DNA of 59,417 nt, filler included, from 6 parts of 6 records of this genome joined end to end with filler, not necessarily neighbours in it; one strand, 5' to 3'; counted from the first letter of the whole stretch, positions 8,839 through 20,144 are shown. Numbers and translations: made by a program. Notes: generated by a model not told the origin, from the sequence alone.

Positions 8839-10926
8839 ATGAAATTGAACAAACAAACAGTACTTTTAACGCTAACCATTGTCGTGTCGACCATGGCTTC
8901 TATGGGGCTTTTTACGCAAGAGCTCAATGCGAATAATTTTGTAGATCTGGCTACTAATCCGACCGAGGTGGCGAACGGGAGTTTTGATGGTGACCTTCGT
9001 GATTCATCAAAAGCGTTCTGCCGCTTTGTTCCTGAACGGTTGGACGATTTTGCCTGGGAGAATGATCGCGTTGCTTTTCGCATGTACGGCCCGAAGATGT
9101 GGAGTATTCCAAAGAAACGATGTGGCAGTGGTATTGATGTATGGGTGAAAAAGGTGCGCTATCCCATTATTAATAAGTGGATGAAAGATAGGCTTGGAGA
9201 CGGTAAAGGGCCCGACAGATACCATGAGGATGAGGGTGAAGGAGCCGACTTTTACTCGGTAGGCAAAACTCTCGGTTGTGGTGGACTCGGATTCTTGGTG
9301 GATGGAAAGCTCCACATCAACCGCCACTATGTAACCCAGAAGGTGATTCAGGGCGAAGGGGATCGCATCGAATTTGAATTGACCTACGCTCCGTTAGAGA
9401 TCGATGGCAAAACCATCACGGAAACCAAGCGAATTAGCATGGAGACGGGCAGTAACCTGTTTAAGGTACAGAATTCCTTTAAAATTTCCGGTGGTGGGTC
9501 GGTAACGGCAGCAATCGGCATCGTATTACGTGAGGGGGATGACGAGCTTCGTCACGGCAGTAACTGGATCGGTTACGCTGAACCGGTAATGCCAAAGAAT
9601 GGTCAGACCTATTGCGGAGTGGTTCTCGACAAACCGGCGGAATTTGAAAAATCTAACGGGCATGCTCTGATGTTGGTACCGGTTAAGGACGGCGAAACCT
9701 TGACGTATCGTGCCGGGGCGGCTTGGAGCAAAGGGCTTGATTTCAAGAATACGACCGAGTGGATGGCGTATCTGCAAAAACAGGCAGGATCAACCCCGCC
9801 GCCGAACTACTTTAGCAAAGTCGACCTTATTAAGGGTGAAACCTCCGAATATTTTAGCGATTGGCCTGCTGAAAAATCACCCGTTGAAATCGGTAAAAAA
9901 GTGTCGGAAAACTTCCATAATTCAGGTCATTATTCAATGCTTGTAAAGCGTGGAGACCAACCGGCTAGAGTTAAAACGTTTGATATAGTCATCTATCCTG
10001 AAATATGCGCTTGGTTTGGCGCAATCAAAGTCGCCCGGGAAACGGGGGATAATGAACTGGCAGAAAAAATGGTTCGCCGTTTTGATCCATATGTAGCGGA
10101 TCTTACCAAACTGGAAGACAGGTTTCATGTGGATTACAGCGTGTTCGGAGTCGTTCCGCTGGAGCTTTATCGACTTACACAGGATGAGCGCTATTTAGAA
10201 ATCGGCATGAAACGGGCTGATGAACAGTGGTCCAAAACAACGCCGGACGGTATCACGGAGCAAGCGCGATATTGGGTGGATGATGTTTATATGATTTCCG
10301 CCATACAGACAGCAGCGTATCGCGTAACGGGCGATTCAAAGTATCTTGAGCGCGCTGCGCTGACCACGGCGACCTATCTGAAAAAGCTCCAGAAAGAGGA
10401 TGGGCTTTTCTGGCATGCCGAAGATTCGCCGTTTGTTTGGGGGCGCGGTGTGGGCTGGTATGCCGCCGGTATGACCGAAATCTTGAAAGATTTATTGCCG
10501 GAGAATGAGCATTACGCACCGATTCTCGCGGGCTACAAAAAAATGATGGCAGCACTCGTTCCTCACCAGAGTGAGTCGGGGCTTTGGCGGCAGTTGGTCG
10601 ACAAACCCGATTCCTGGGAGGAAACATCCGGCAGTGCCATGTTTGCCTACGCCATGGTTACGGGCGTCAAGCGCGGTTGGCTGGACGAACAGCAATACGG
10701 CCCCGTCGCCCGCAAGGCGTGGCTTGCGCTAGTGGATAATCTCGATGAAGCGGGTAACCTGAAAAATGTCTGTGTGGGTACAAACAAAGGCGGACAGGTA
10801 GTGGGCCCAGATTTTGAGGAACAGTACCAGTTTTATCTGGCGCGTCCCCGGTTTACGGGAGACTACCACGGACAGGCTCCCCTTCTTTGGACTGCGGCGG
10901 CACTGCTGGAAGGCAAGGCGGAATAA
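8839..10926 (+). CDS. DUF4861 + GH105/GH88 unsaturated uronyl hydrolase fusion, exported
   Basis: FVPERLDDFAWENDRVAFRMYGP and GIDVWVK (DUF4861); YWVDDVYM, WGRGVGW, ETSGSAMF (GH105/88). Confidence 0.85.
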   Translation: MKLNKQTVLLTLTIVVSTMASMGLFTQELNANNFVDLATNPTEVANGSFDGDLRDSSKAFCRFVPERLDDFAWENDRVAFRMYGPKMWSIPKKRCGSGIDVWVKKVRYPIINKWMKDRLGDGKGPDRYHEDEGEGADFYSVGKTLGCGGLGFLVDGKLHINRHYVTQKVIQGEGDRIEFELTYAPLEIDGKTITETKRISMETGSNLFKVQNSFKISGGGSVTAAIGIVLREGDDELRHGSNWIGYAEPVMPKNGQTYCGVVLDKPAEFEKSNGHALMLVPVKDGETLTYRAGAAWSKGLDFKNTTEWMAYLQKQAGSTPPPNYFSKVDLIKGETSEYFSDWPAEKSPVEIGKKVSENFHNSGHYSMLVKRGDQPARVKTFDIVIYPEICAWFGAIKVARETGDNELAEKMVRRFDPYVADLTKLEDRFHVDYSVFGVVPLELYRLTQDERYLEIGMKRADEQWSKTTPDGITEQARYWVDDVYMISAIQTAAYRVTGDSKYLERAALTTATYLKKLQKEDGLFWHAEDSPFVWGRGVGWYAAGMTEILKDLLPENEHYAPILAGYKKMMAALVPHQSESGLWRQLVDKPDSWEETSGSAMFAYAMVTGVKRGWLDEQQYGPVARKAWLALVDNLDEAGNLKNVCVGTNKGGQVVGPDFEEQYQFYLARPRFTGDYHGQAPLLWTAAALLEGKAE

Positions 10927-11054
10927 CAAAAGAGTAGTAAATGTGAACAAATAACTTTTATCATATGCACATTCGGGGTGGACAGTGTTCCACCTCGTTA
11001 CCTACGTCGACAAAGCCGGCAGCGTGCAGTTGTAAACCTTAAAAAGAAATAAGT

Positions 11055-12890
11055 ATGAAAAAAATGAAACTGATGATAATTTGGCTATTGATCGCTGGCT
11101 ATGTGCTGGCGGAATCAAAGCCGAATGTGATAATAATCATGGCGGACGATCTCGGTTGGCGAGACCTTGCCTGCTATGGCAGCACGTTTTATGAGACACC
11201 GAACATAGACCGTTTTGCGAAAAGTGCGATGCGCTTCACTGAGGGGTATGCGGGGGCTCCATCCTGCTCGCCGACCCGCGCGAGCGTGATGACGGGGCAG
11301 TATCCCGCCCGCAACGGGTTATCCAGCGCAGCAGGGCACATTAAGGAAAAACTGGAGCAGAGGGAGATCTCAGTAGGTCCCGCATTTTGCCGTGGTTTGG
11401 GTCCAGAATCGGCGACGTATTTGGATACCTCTTATTACACACTGGGCGAGGCGATGCGGGATGCAGGCTACGCCACCTCATTTTTCGGTAAGTGGCACCA
11501 AGGTCACAAACCCTACATTCCCGAGAACCATGGCTTTGAAACAGTCTATGGTGGACGCTGGCATCACGGACCTCCGGGAAAAGTTAGGGATCGCAGGTTT
11601 TACCCACCGTGGAACGATTGTGAAACGCTCGATTCCAACCTGCCGGCCGATACCCATGTGGATGATTACATTACCGATATGGCGATCGACTATTTAGCTG
11701 AGCACAAAGACAAACCCTTCTTCATGTGCTTCTGGCCCTACAGCGTGCATGCGCCCTTCCAGAGTAAGCCGGAGTTGATTGAAAAATGGAAAAATAAAAT
11801 CGATCCGAACGATCCGCAACGCTCACCAACGATGGCGGCGATGATTGAGGTGCTGGATGAAAATGTCGGTCGATTAATGGCTACACTGGAGGAAACCGGC
11901 CTGTCCGACAACACGATCGTTCTGTTTCTCTCCGACAACGGGGGTAATATGTATGATGTGGTCGATGGCACTACACCGACCAACAACAAGCCGTTGCGCA
12001 GTGGCAAGTCGAACTCTTTGGAAGGTGGCGTGCGGGTTCCGTTTATGGTTCGCTGGCCCGGGGTCACACAGGCGGGCAGCATTAGCGATGCCATCGTTTC
12101 AACGGTCGATCTCTACGCTACGCTGCTGGATATGACTGGGCAGCCCTTACGCCCCGAAGATCATAAGGAAAGCGTCAGCTTTGTGCCGGCGCTGAAGGGG
12201 GATGCGTATGATCGCCCGCCCTTGCTCTGGGAACGGGCGCAGTTTATGAGCTTTGTGGGTAATCTGCCCAACTCGGTCGTGCGCGATGACAACTGGAAGC
12301 TGATCCGTTACTGGTTCGATGCGCCTGATGGAACACATCGCCACGCACTATATAATCTGGATCTGGATATCAGCGAAACGACGAATGTGGCCGATGCTCA
12401 TCCGGAAGTCACCGAGCGGCTCAAGACGGTGCTGGACCAATTCTTTGCAGAAGAGGGGATCAAGCAGTATCACCCCAACGAGAACTATGACGGTCTTAGG
12501 ATCAACGATTCGTGGGCGGCTCTCTCGCAAGACGGCGATGCTGCAATGCAGAACGGCGTGATGGCGATGAGCAGTAAACAGCCCGGCTTTGGCATCTATA
12601 CTCCGATGACTCCGAATATCTCGGATTACATTTTTCATTTTGAGGCGCGCTCAAAACAGAAGGATGAAATCAAGCTTCAGTGGACTTCTAGAGGGAAGAC
12701 TCAGCGTACAGAACAGGCGAGTCGAACGGTAACATCCGGCAAGGATTGGACCGTGTTCAGTCTGCCGGTTAAAACCACAGGAAATGCAAGTAAGATCTTC
12801 TTGACATTGCCCGAAGGCGGTAACGTTGAACTACGCAATATGCGTTTAGCTACTCCTGAAGGCACTGTAATGATGACGTATGACCGATGA
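11055..12890 (+). CDS. Family S1 formylglycine sulfatase with extra C-terminal domain
   Basis: ADDLG, CSPTR, GKWH, SDNGG and EGGVRVP motifs; signal peptide. Confidence 0.92.
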   Translation: MKKMKLMIIWLLIAGYVLAESKPNVIIIMADDLGWRDLACYGSTFYETPNIDRFAKSAMRFTEGYAGAPSCSPTRASVMTGQYPARNGLSSAAGHIKEKLEQREISVGPAFCRGLGPESATYLDTSYYTLGEAMRDAGYATSFFGKWHQGHKPYIPENHGFETVYGGRWHHGPPGKVRDRRFYPPWNDCETLDSNLPADTHVDDYITDMAIDYLAEHKDKPFFMCFWPYSVHAPFQSKPELIEKWKNKIDPNDPQRSPTMAAMIEVLDENVGRLMATLEETGLSDNTIVLFLSDNGGNMYDVVDGTTPTNNKPLRSGKSNSLEGGVRVPFMVRWPGVTQAGSISDAIVSTVDLYATLLDMTGQPLRPEDHKESVSFVPALKGDAYDRPPLLWERAQFMSFVGNLPNSVVRDDNWKLIRYWFDAPDGTHRHALYNLDLDISETTNVADAHPEVTERLKTVLDQFFAEEGIKQYHPNENYDGLRINDSWAALSQDGDAAMQNGVMAMSSKQPGFGIYTPMTPNISDYIFHFEARSKQKDEIKLQWTSRGKTQRTEQASRTVTSGKDWTVFSLPVKTTGNASKIFLTLPEGGNVELRNMRLATPEGTVMMTYDR

Positions 12891-13121
12891 ATATCTAAAA
12901 GAGAGTCCTTACGTCGTTATCGCGAACGCAATATCATATTAAACTGCTTATCTGCTTTAGACATGTGGAATTAATTATCTAGCTGAAATACTGATGTTTA
13001 TAGAGATGTTGAAATATAGGTCTATTATTTCTGTAATATTTTGAAATAATGTGTATTACACACAAGAGTCGTTTCTTTTACTTGAGCGAAGTAGATAAGC
13101 AGTTAAATTAAAATTATAACA

Positions 13122-14339
13122 ATGAACAAACAAACGGTCCTTTTATTGCTGACCATCGTCGTGTCGATCATGACTTCGACGGGGGCTTTTGCACAAGCAA
13201 TCAATGCGAAAGGTAAAAAGAACTCCACCATTTCTGACCAAAAAAGTTGGCCCGGCCAGTACTATTCTATCGCTATGGCTGAGACAACGTTGGATCGGTA
13301 TCCTGATGCATGGAACTACCCCTGGAAAAGATGGTGTTATCCGGAAGGCTATATATTAATGGGGATCGCCAAGGTTTGGGAGACCACAGGTGAACAGAAG
13401 TACTTCGACTATATTATGAATTGGGCGAATTATTATGTGAATCAAGACGGGAAACTCTCGCATTTTAGAGGGGAATCCATGGACGATATTCTGCCGGGGT
13501 GTGTGCTCTGTTGGGCTTATAAACATACAGGCGATGAACGTTTTAAAAAAGCAGCCACCAAGGTAAGGAGAGCTTTCGACAACTACCCCCGTACAGCTGA
13601 CGGACTGTTTGAGCATAATACCAAAAAGAATGGAGAGGTGTGGGTAGACGGCGTCTTTATGGGGCAGATGTTTTTGACCAAATATGGTGCCTATGTTGGC
13701 GACAGCGAGTATTGTTTTGATGAGGCTGCCAAGCAGCTTCTGCTTCATGAAAATAGACTGAAGAAAGGAGACACAGGCTTACTGCTTCATGCGTGGGACG
13801 AGGACAAGAATGCTTCATGGGCTGATCCGAAGACTGGACTATCTCCAGAGGTTTGGAGCGAAGGGCTTGGCTGGTATGCGCTTGTAATGGTAGAGACCCT
13901 GGATGTCTTTCCGGAAAACCACTCTCGCCGACCAGAGCTTATAAAAGTTGCCCAAAACCTGGCCGAAGGACTTAAAAATACTCAGGATCCTGTATCGGGG
14001 TGCTGGTATTGGATTGTGGATAAAGGCGATCAAGCCGGAAACTGGACAGATGTCTCCGGCAGCTCCATGTTCACCTATTTCATTCAGCGCATGATCGAGC
14101 TGGAGCTTATTGATAAGGAAATCTACGCCCCGGTGGTACAGAATGGCTATAAGGGTATTCTGACTAAAGTCCGTCCGAGTAAACATTATGGCTTGGTCGA
14201 TATTTACGACTCCGCAGACGGCGTTTGTGTGCAAAACAACTACGATGTGTATATCAATCAAACTAAAAGAGTGAACTCTAAAGAAGCCGTGCCGGGATTT
14301 CTATGGGCCACCTGGATTGTTGAAAAGCCGGGAAAATAA
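13122..14339 (+). CDS. GH105 unsaturated rhamnogalacturonyl/glucuronyl hydrolase (YteR-like)
   Basis: WVDGVFMGQMF, TGLLLHAWDE, SPEVWSEGLGW, DVSGSSMF. Confidence 0.88.
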   Translation: MNKQTVLLLLTIVVSIMTSTGAFAQAINAKGKKNSTISDQKSWPGQYYSIAMAETTLDRYPDAWNYPWKRWCYPEGYILMGIAKVWETTGEQKYFDYIMNWANYYVNQDGKLSHFRGESMDDILPGCVLCWAYKHTGDERFKKAATKVRRAFDNYPRTADGLFEHNTKKNGEVWVDGVFMGQMFLTKYGAYVGDSEYCFDEAAKQLLLHENRLKKGDTGLLLHAWDEDKNASWADPKTGLSPEVWSEGLGWYALVMVETLDVFPENHSRRPELIKVAQNLAEGLKNTQDPVSGCWYWIVDKGDQAGNWTDVSGSSMFTYFIQRMIELELIDKEIYAPVVQNGYKGILTKVRPSKHYGLVDIYDSADGVCVQNNYDVYINQTKRVNSKEAVPGFLWATWIVEKPGK

Positions 14340-14517
14340 CTCCCGTGAAGACTAACTGACTTTGAGCGGAGGGCTTACCTGAATGTCGCACAGTTGATTA
14401 GCGCGACAACCATTTTTAAGGAGCTGACTGCCAAAGACTGCATACGTTGATGAAATTATAAATTAAGGATTATTGCTCCGCCTATAGGCGGCGAGTGAGA
14501 TAGAAAAAAGTAATAAT

Positions 14518-16995
14518 ATGAAAGCAGTAAAAAAGTGGATTATAATGTGGATCGTGCTGTTTGCGGCGTTTGGCACCTGGGCAGCGGAGAAGAGCGTTAA
14601 TGTTCAGGACGACGGGGCGAGTTATAACCGTGCGGCGGATCCGCATAACTTCACCGTCTTTATGAAAGAGAGCGGCTACTGCTGGTTCGAAGATCCGCGC
14701 GTAATTGTGAACAACGGTAAACTGATCATCGGCGCGATACAGGGGAATGGATCCGGTGCGGCACATGTCGGCGTTTATGACCTCGACGCAAATAAGCCGC
14801 TCGGCACGGCGCTGATGCAGGATAACTTTGACCGCGATGACCATAACTCGCCAGTTTTTTATGCCCGTCCCGACAAACGCATTCTTTCGGTGTATGCAAA
14901 GCACCATAGGGATTCTGTGTTTTACTACCGCATTTCGAAGCGGAAAAAACCGCTAAAGTGGGGCAAGGAAAAGATATATAACACCAAGGCGAGGGCTACA
15001 TATTCCAATCTTTATGAGATGAAGAACGAGGGGAAGCTTTACAATTTCTTCCGAGGCATCGAATTCAATCCGACCTTTGTCACCTCTACCGATGGCGGAA
15101 AAACGTGGGGCGAAGAGACTCATTTTATCTCCAGCGAGCTGAGCGGAACGCACCGACCATATTGCCGGTATGCGGGAAACGGAACCAATACCGTCTATAT
15201 CAGTTTCACCGATGGACATCCGCGTAGGGTGAGTAACAGCATTTATTATGCAGAATTCCGCAATGGCAAGTTCTGGAAGGCGGACGGAACGTTGATCAAG
15301 GATTTGAAGGTTGATGGCCCGCTGCGTCCGAGCGAGGCGGAGCTTATCTATAAAGGCTCTGGAGCGACGAAGCAGAGAATTAAGGGAGCTCCGGACACTA
15401 GCGTTCCGGACGGCGCATGGACCAGCTCGATGGTGACGGATAAAAACGGCTTCCCGCATATCGGCTATTCGGTTCACAAAACAAAAGAAGATCACCGCTA
15501 TCGCATCGCTTCCTGGGATGGAAAACAATGGCACGACCGGGAAGTGGCATACGGCGGATCAGCGCTCTACGATGGCGAATCGAGTTATACGGGGCTGATC
15601 ACGCTCGATCCGGTTGATCCGACCTATGTCGTCATTTCAACGGATGTCGATCCCTTTAGAGGGGTCAAAAAAATTGCAAACCACGAAATCTACCGGGCAA
15701 AGATTGGATTGACAGATGCGAATACCAAGGCCAATCAACCACGAGTGATCAAATGGGAAGAGCTGACCTGGAATTCGCCCGTGCGCAACCTGCGCCCGAT
15801 CATTGTGCGCGACGGCGACCGTCGTATCATCCTTTGGAATCGTGGGGTTTTCAACTGCTACCGAGATTACCAGATGGATGCGGTCGGCTTTGTGGAAGCT
15901 GTTGAAGATAAGTGTCCAATTACCAAACCGTTCTCGCAGAAAGGCATGCTTGAAGCGATGGAGCTGGCGAAAGTTTTTCAAGAGCGGGGCGGAAAACTTA
16001 ACCCGAACTGGATTGACGGCACCTTCTATACAGGTGTGTTCGCTTGCTATGAAGCCACCGGAAACGAAGCGTTTTTGAATGCAGCGCGCAATTGGGTGAA
16101 ACCACCATTCAGCACGACGAAACCTGCCAATGCCGATGCCATCTGTGCGGCTCAAACATTTGTGGATGTCTATCGGGCCGTTCAAGATGAAGCGCTAATC
16201 GCGCCGATACATAAGATTTTTGAAACCGAATATTTCGGGGTCGATATGCTGAAACGTGAAAAGATTGGGCATGCCAAGTGGGAAGGGGATAGCATACCCT
16301 TTACCGGACGTAACATCTGGTCGTGGTGCGATGCGCTTTATATGGCGCCGCCAGTCATGGCACGAATGGGTGCCGCCACGGGCGATTCACGTTATTTTGA
16401 GCTGCTCCACAAGCTCTACTGGGATACGGTTGATTACCTTTATAGCCCCGAACACAAACTCTTCTACCGCGACAAAGATCGTTTCGACTGGAAAACACCG
16501 GACGGAGAGCCGGCCTTCTGGGGGCGCGGGAACGGCTGGGTAATTGGTGGACTGGTACGTACCATCGATTACATTCCGAAAAGCGATCCGATGCGAGAAA
16601 AGTACATTCAGCTCTTCCGCGATATGATGTCGCGCCTGATTACCTTGCAGGGAGAGGATGGGTTGTGGCGTTCATCCTTAAACGACCCCAACTGGTATTC
16701 GATGCCGGAAACGAGCGGGTCAGGGTTCTTTGTGTTTGCCATGGCGGCCGGAGTCAATCGAGGCTGGCTGGATCGCGAAACCTATCTGCTTGCAGCGAAA
16801 AAAGGATGGAAAGGCTTGGTCGATGTGTTGAACCTCGAAGGAAAAGTGCAATGGTCACAGCTGGTTGCCCTTGCGCCATACCCTGTCAAAAAAGAACATA
16901 CTCGCAGTTACACACAAGGTATCTTCCTGCTGGCCGCTTCGGAAATGTATAAACTCGAAGGCCATCGCAAAGTAACCCCCAAAAAGGCTCAATAA
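14518..16995 (+). CDS. BNR_4 beta-propeller + GH105 fusion
   Basis: DDHNSP and STDGGKTW Asp-box; C-terminal WSWCDALYMAPP, LFYRD, FWGRGNGW, ETSGSGFF. Confidence 0.82.
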   Translation: MKAVKKWIIMWIVLFAAFGTWAAEKSVNVQDDGASYNRAADPHNFTVFMKESGYCWFEDPRVIVNNGKLIIGAIQGNGSGAAHVGVYDLDANKPLGTALMQDNFDRDDHNSPVFYARPDKRILSVYAKHHRDSVFYYRISKRKKPLKWGKEKIYNTKARATYSNLYEMKNEGKLYNFFRGIEFNPTFVTSTDGGKTWGEETHFISSELSGTHRPYCRYAGNGTNTVYISFTDGHPRRVSNSIYYAEFRNGKFWKADGTLIKDLKVDGPLRPSEAELIYKGSGATKQRIKGAPDTSVPDGAWTSSMVTDKNGFPHIGYSVHKTKEDHRYRIASWDGKQWHDREVAYGGSALYDGESSYTGLITLDPVDPTYVVISTDVDPFRGVKKIANHEIYRAKIGLTDANTKANQPRVIKWEELTWNSPVRNLRPIIVRDGDRRIILWNRGVFNCYRDYQMDAVGFVEAVEDKCPITKPFSQKGMLEAMELAKVFQERGGKLNPNWIDGTFYTGVFACYEATGNEAFLNAARNWVKPPFSTTKPANADAICAAQTFVDVYRAVQDEALIAPIHKIFETEYFGVDMLKREKIGHAKWEGDSIPFTGRNIWSWCDALYMAPPVMARMGAATGDSRYFELLHKLYWDTVDYLYSPEHKLFYRDKDRFDWKTPDGEPAFWGRGNGWVIGGLVRTIDYIPKSDPMREKYIQLFRDMMSRLITLQGEDGLWRSSLNDPNWYSMPETSGSGFFVFAMAAGVNRGWLDRETYLLAAKKGWKGLVDVLNLEGKVQWSQLVALAPYPVKKEHTRSYTQGIFLLAASEMYKLEGHRKVTPKKAQ

Positions 16996-17109
16996 TGAAA
17001 TATTGGAAGATCAAGATATGGAGTGTTTTTGTAACCGCCCTGCTTGCAGGTCAGGATTGATAAGTAAGGTATCTATTTGTGAAATAATGTTGAAATATTT
17101 TTTAAATAA

Positions 17110-18146
17110 ATGATTATGATTAAGAATATTGCAGTACTTCTGTTTATGTGTTTGCTTATGGCCAGCACCAACAGCAACAAAGAATTTTATGTGGCAAACT
17201 ATGGGGAGGAAGGGATCGACAGCCTGACCATTGAGGACCCCGAACTCCCGACCCTCCAGATTCGTAACGTGAGACAGGAACATGCGATCCTGTGTGCCGG
17301 GCGTCCGGAGAGACTGCGCGCTTCCGTTCGCAATATTGGAGCGGAAACCGAGAATGTTGTCGTCCGCCTCGAACTTCCTCCCGGCGTGCGCAGCCTTGGC
17401 ACAACAGTTCATAGGCTAGGCGCTATGCCAATGGGAGCCGAGCAGGTTATCGAGTGGTTCGTGCAGGCCGATACGGCAACTATTGGAGTCGCCGATATTC
17501 GAATAACTTCGGTCCAAAGTTCGCCCGTGACGGAGCGACATTCACTGGTATTCTTCTCAAGCGAGGACGCCCCGCTGACTTCCGTCGTGGAAAGTTTTAC
17601 ACAGCCTCCTTCAGGTAAAAAGAAGGGCGTGACCTACTATGTTGACAACGTAGACGGAAGTAACGCCAACCTCGGCACTTCTCCCACTGCTGCCTGGAAG
17701 GACTTCTCGAACATCAACGGGCAAACTCTCGGACCCGGTCACCGCCTGCTCATCCGACGTGGAAGCATTATCAATCAGGAACTCATTGTCTCTGCCCGTG
17801 GCACCGTGGACCACTGGGCGCAAATCGGAGCCTATGGCAAGGGACCGCGTCCCATCATCCGCCGGAACTGGGACATTGACGATCGCTGTGTCTTGGTGCG
17901 GAATCCGGATTTCCTGCGCATAAGCAGTCTGGTTGTATGCCACGCCGCCAAGGGTTTGATTGTCACTTATTCGGAACCGGGTCATCAGGGGCTGGTGATC
18001 GAAGATTGTATAGCTCATCACATCGAGGGCCTTTATCGACCGAATGCCAATGGGATTCCTGAGTGGCGTGATCGCCAAGGGCCCACGGAAGACAGAGTTC
18101 GTATGTCCGCCGGATTCGCCATCGGTGGCACGACAGCCAAGAACCT
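17110..18146 (+). CDS. Exported Ig-like + right-handed beta-helix protein (3' truncated)
   Basis: VRNIG...VRLELPPG Ig-like segment; TYYVDNVDGSNANLGTSPTAAWK...LGPGHRLLIRRG typical of beta-helix N-termini. Confidence 0.65.
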
Positions 18147-18246
18147 NNNNNNNNNNNNNNNNNNNNNNNNNNNNNNNNNNNNNNNNNNNNTTAATTAATT
18201 AANNNNNNNNNNNNNNNNNNNNNNNNNNNNNNNNNNNNNNNNNNNN
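18147..18246. other. Artificial contig linker
   Basis: N44-TTAATTAATTAA-N44. Confidence 0.98.
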
Positions 18247-19938
18247 CCCCACGCCTCAAACTGATACCCGATTCCGATTTCACGGTTAAAACTTTTTTCC
18301 GGCAATAAATCAGGCTTTCCCTGCATGCGAAAATCCTGATAAAACAAATCAGCAAATGTTGGCACACGAAAAGAACGACTGGCATTTGATTTTACATAAA
18401 GTCGATTTTTATGACCTGTTGATAAAACGGATCCAATACCAGGACTCCATTGTTGTTCTGTTCGTTCAAAAACTCCATTACTCATGTCAATCTCATCATA
18501 ACGAATTACCGGAGTCACAAGAAAATGGGTGGACAGAGAAGGTGAAAAATAATTCCACTCCTGCTGCATATATATGCCATGAGAGACATCGTTAGCCTCT
18601 CCAATTGGAACACTCTTTTCGTTCAACAGGTTTTTATCGTCATAATCCAAAGATCGAAACTGATAGCCGACCTTGAGAAACCATCTGTCCATGGGTGCAA
18701 AATGTATGTGAGATTGAGCTGTCACTATTCCCACATTATTTTCGTATTGGTACCTGGGATAACGACGATCTCGTAAATCCGCGTCATTTAGCCACAAATT
18801 ACTATCTTTTGTGTTTGTGTGGCTGTTACGAACATGAGCTTCAATTCTCCAGGGTGCCTGATCAAAGGAATAATTCAGCCCAAGAATATTCTGTTCCCGG
18901 CTGCTTCTGGCATATGCGGTCCAATAATTAATTTTACCTGGTAATCCACGATCAGAATCCATTCGCTGTGCTTCAGCTCCGACCTGGTGATGTTCCCATT
19001 TATAATCGATTTTTGCGTAATAATTGTGCGATAAATGGTCTGAATTTTTCCTTTTTTCGCTTTGAATCCTGCCATCAGGAGTTTGATAGCTGTAATTAAA
19101 ATCTCCCTCGCCTTGCACTTGATTGTACGATATAAAATAGTTCAATTTCTCCAGTCGGCCAGATAAAAAGGACTCTAATTTGAATAATTGAAATGAGCCA
19201 TAGCTGCTCTTAATCTGTGCCTCATTTTCAACATCTTTAATTGTAATGATATCGATAACACCACCTATTGCACCACTACCAAATTGTGGCGATTGTCCTC
19301 CCTTGTATACTTTTATCTCCTTAATCATATTTAACGGTATAAGTGACAGATCAACATCGCCACCGCGCACATCGTTTAAGGGCACTCCATTCAGCAACAC
19401 CAAAACCTGATTACTCTGACTGCCCCGAATAGAGATCGTTTTTCGTGATCCGGTGCCGCCTGTATCCAGCACCTCTATACCGTTCACCCTTGTAAGCAGG
19501 TCGCCAACATCTTCTGCATGCGATCCTTTTATATCATCCACTAAAATGGTATTAACACTAATCGCCTCTAATTTTTCATATCTGCTTTCCGATATTTCTA
19601 TTGGTGGAAGGTTGATAACTGTTGGCTTTAATTGAAAAAAGAAAACTGGGTTGATCCATGCTGACTTTAACATCGGAAATGAGCTGTGTTTCATAACCCA
19701 TATAACGTGCACTTACGCTATAAATGCCGGCCAGCATATTTTCAATATAAAATGTGCCATGACTGTCAGTCGTAGCTCCAACAGCACTACCAGCGACGAC
19801 AATATTCGCACGGCTTAGAGGAAGTCCGGTGACAGCATCAGTAACGGAGCCGTATATCTTGATAGTTGATTGCGCGACACACAATACTGGCAAAATCAAC
19901 AGGTGCAGGTAAATTATTGCTGTTCGAAAATAAACCAT
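18247..19938 (-). CDS. btuB: TonB-dependent cobalamin receptor (BtuB-like), frameshifted near 19634-19650 and 3' truncated
   Basis: Signal peptide and CarboxypepD_reg-like domain in 19576-19938; plug ISIRGSQSNQVLVLLNGVPL and FGSGAIGGVI; RSFRVPTFADL; B12 riboswitch upstream. Confidence 0.75.
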
Positions 19939-20112
19939 ATATTTTGATTTTCATAAAATGGTTGTCTACAGGTAAACTTTTCAAAGCGTAAGGCTTGTTT
20001 ATTCCTGTAGTCTTTATGATAATAGCAAGGGTTCTTTGGATCTGGATTCGTGGCAGGGATAAATTAAATATGGATTTTATGCAACAAAAAGAAGGATGAG
20101 AGAAAAGGCAAT

Positions 20113-20144
20113 AAAAAACCCCAATCTTCATGTGTAAGTTGGGG
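20113..20144 (-). terminator. Intrinsic terminator, probable riboswitch expression platform
   Basis: Minus strand CCCCAA-CTT-loop-AAG-A-TTGGGG-T6, between the riboswitch and the receptor start. Confidence 0.65.

Noticed and set aside
14482-18078. Long minus-strand ORFs overlapping the CAZyme genes
   Set aside because: GC-rich antisense shadows with no recognisable motifs
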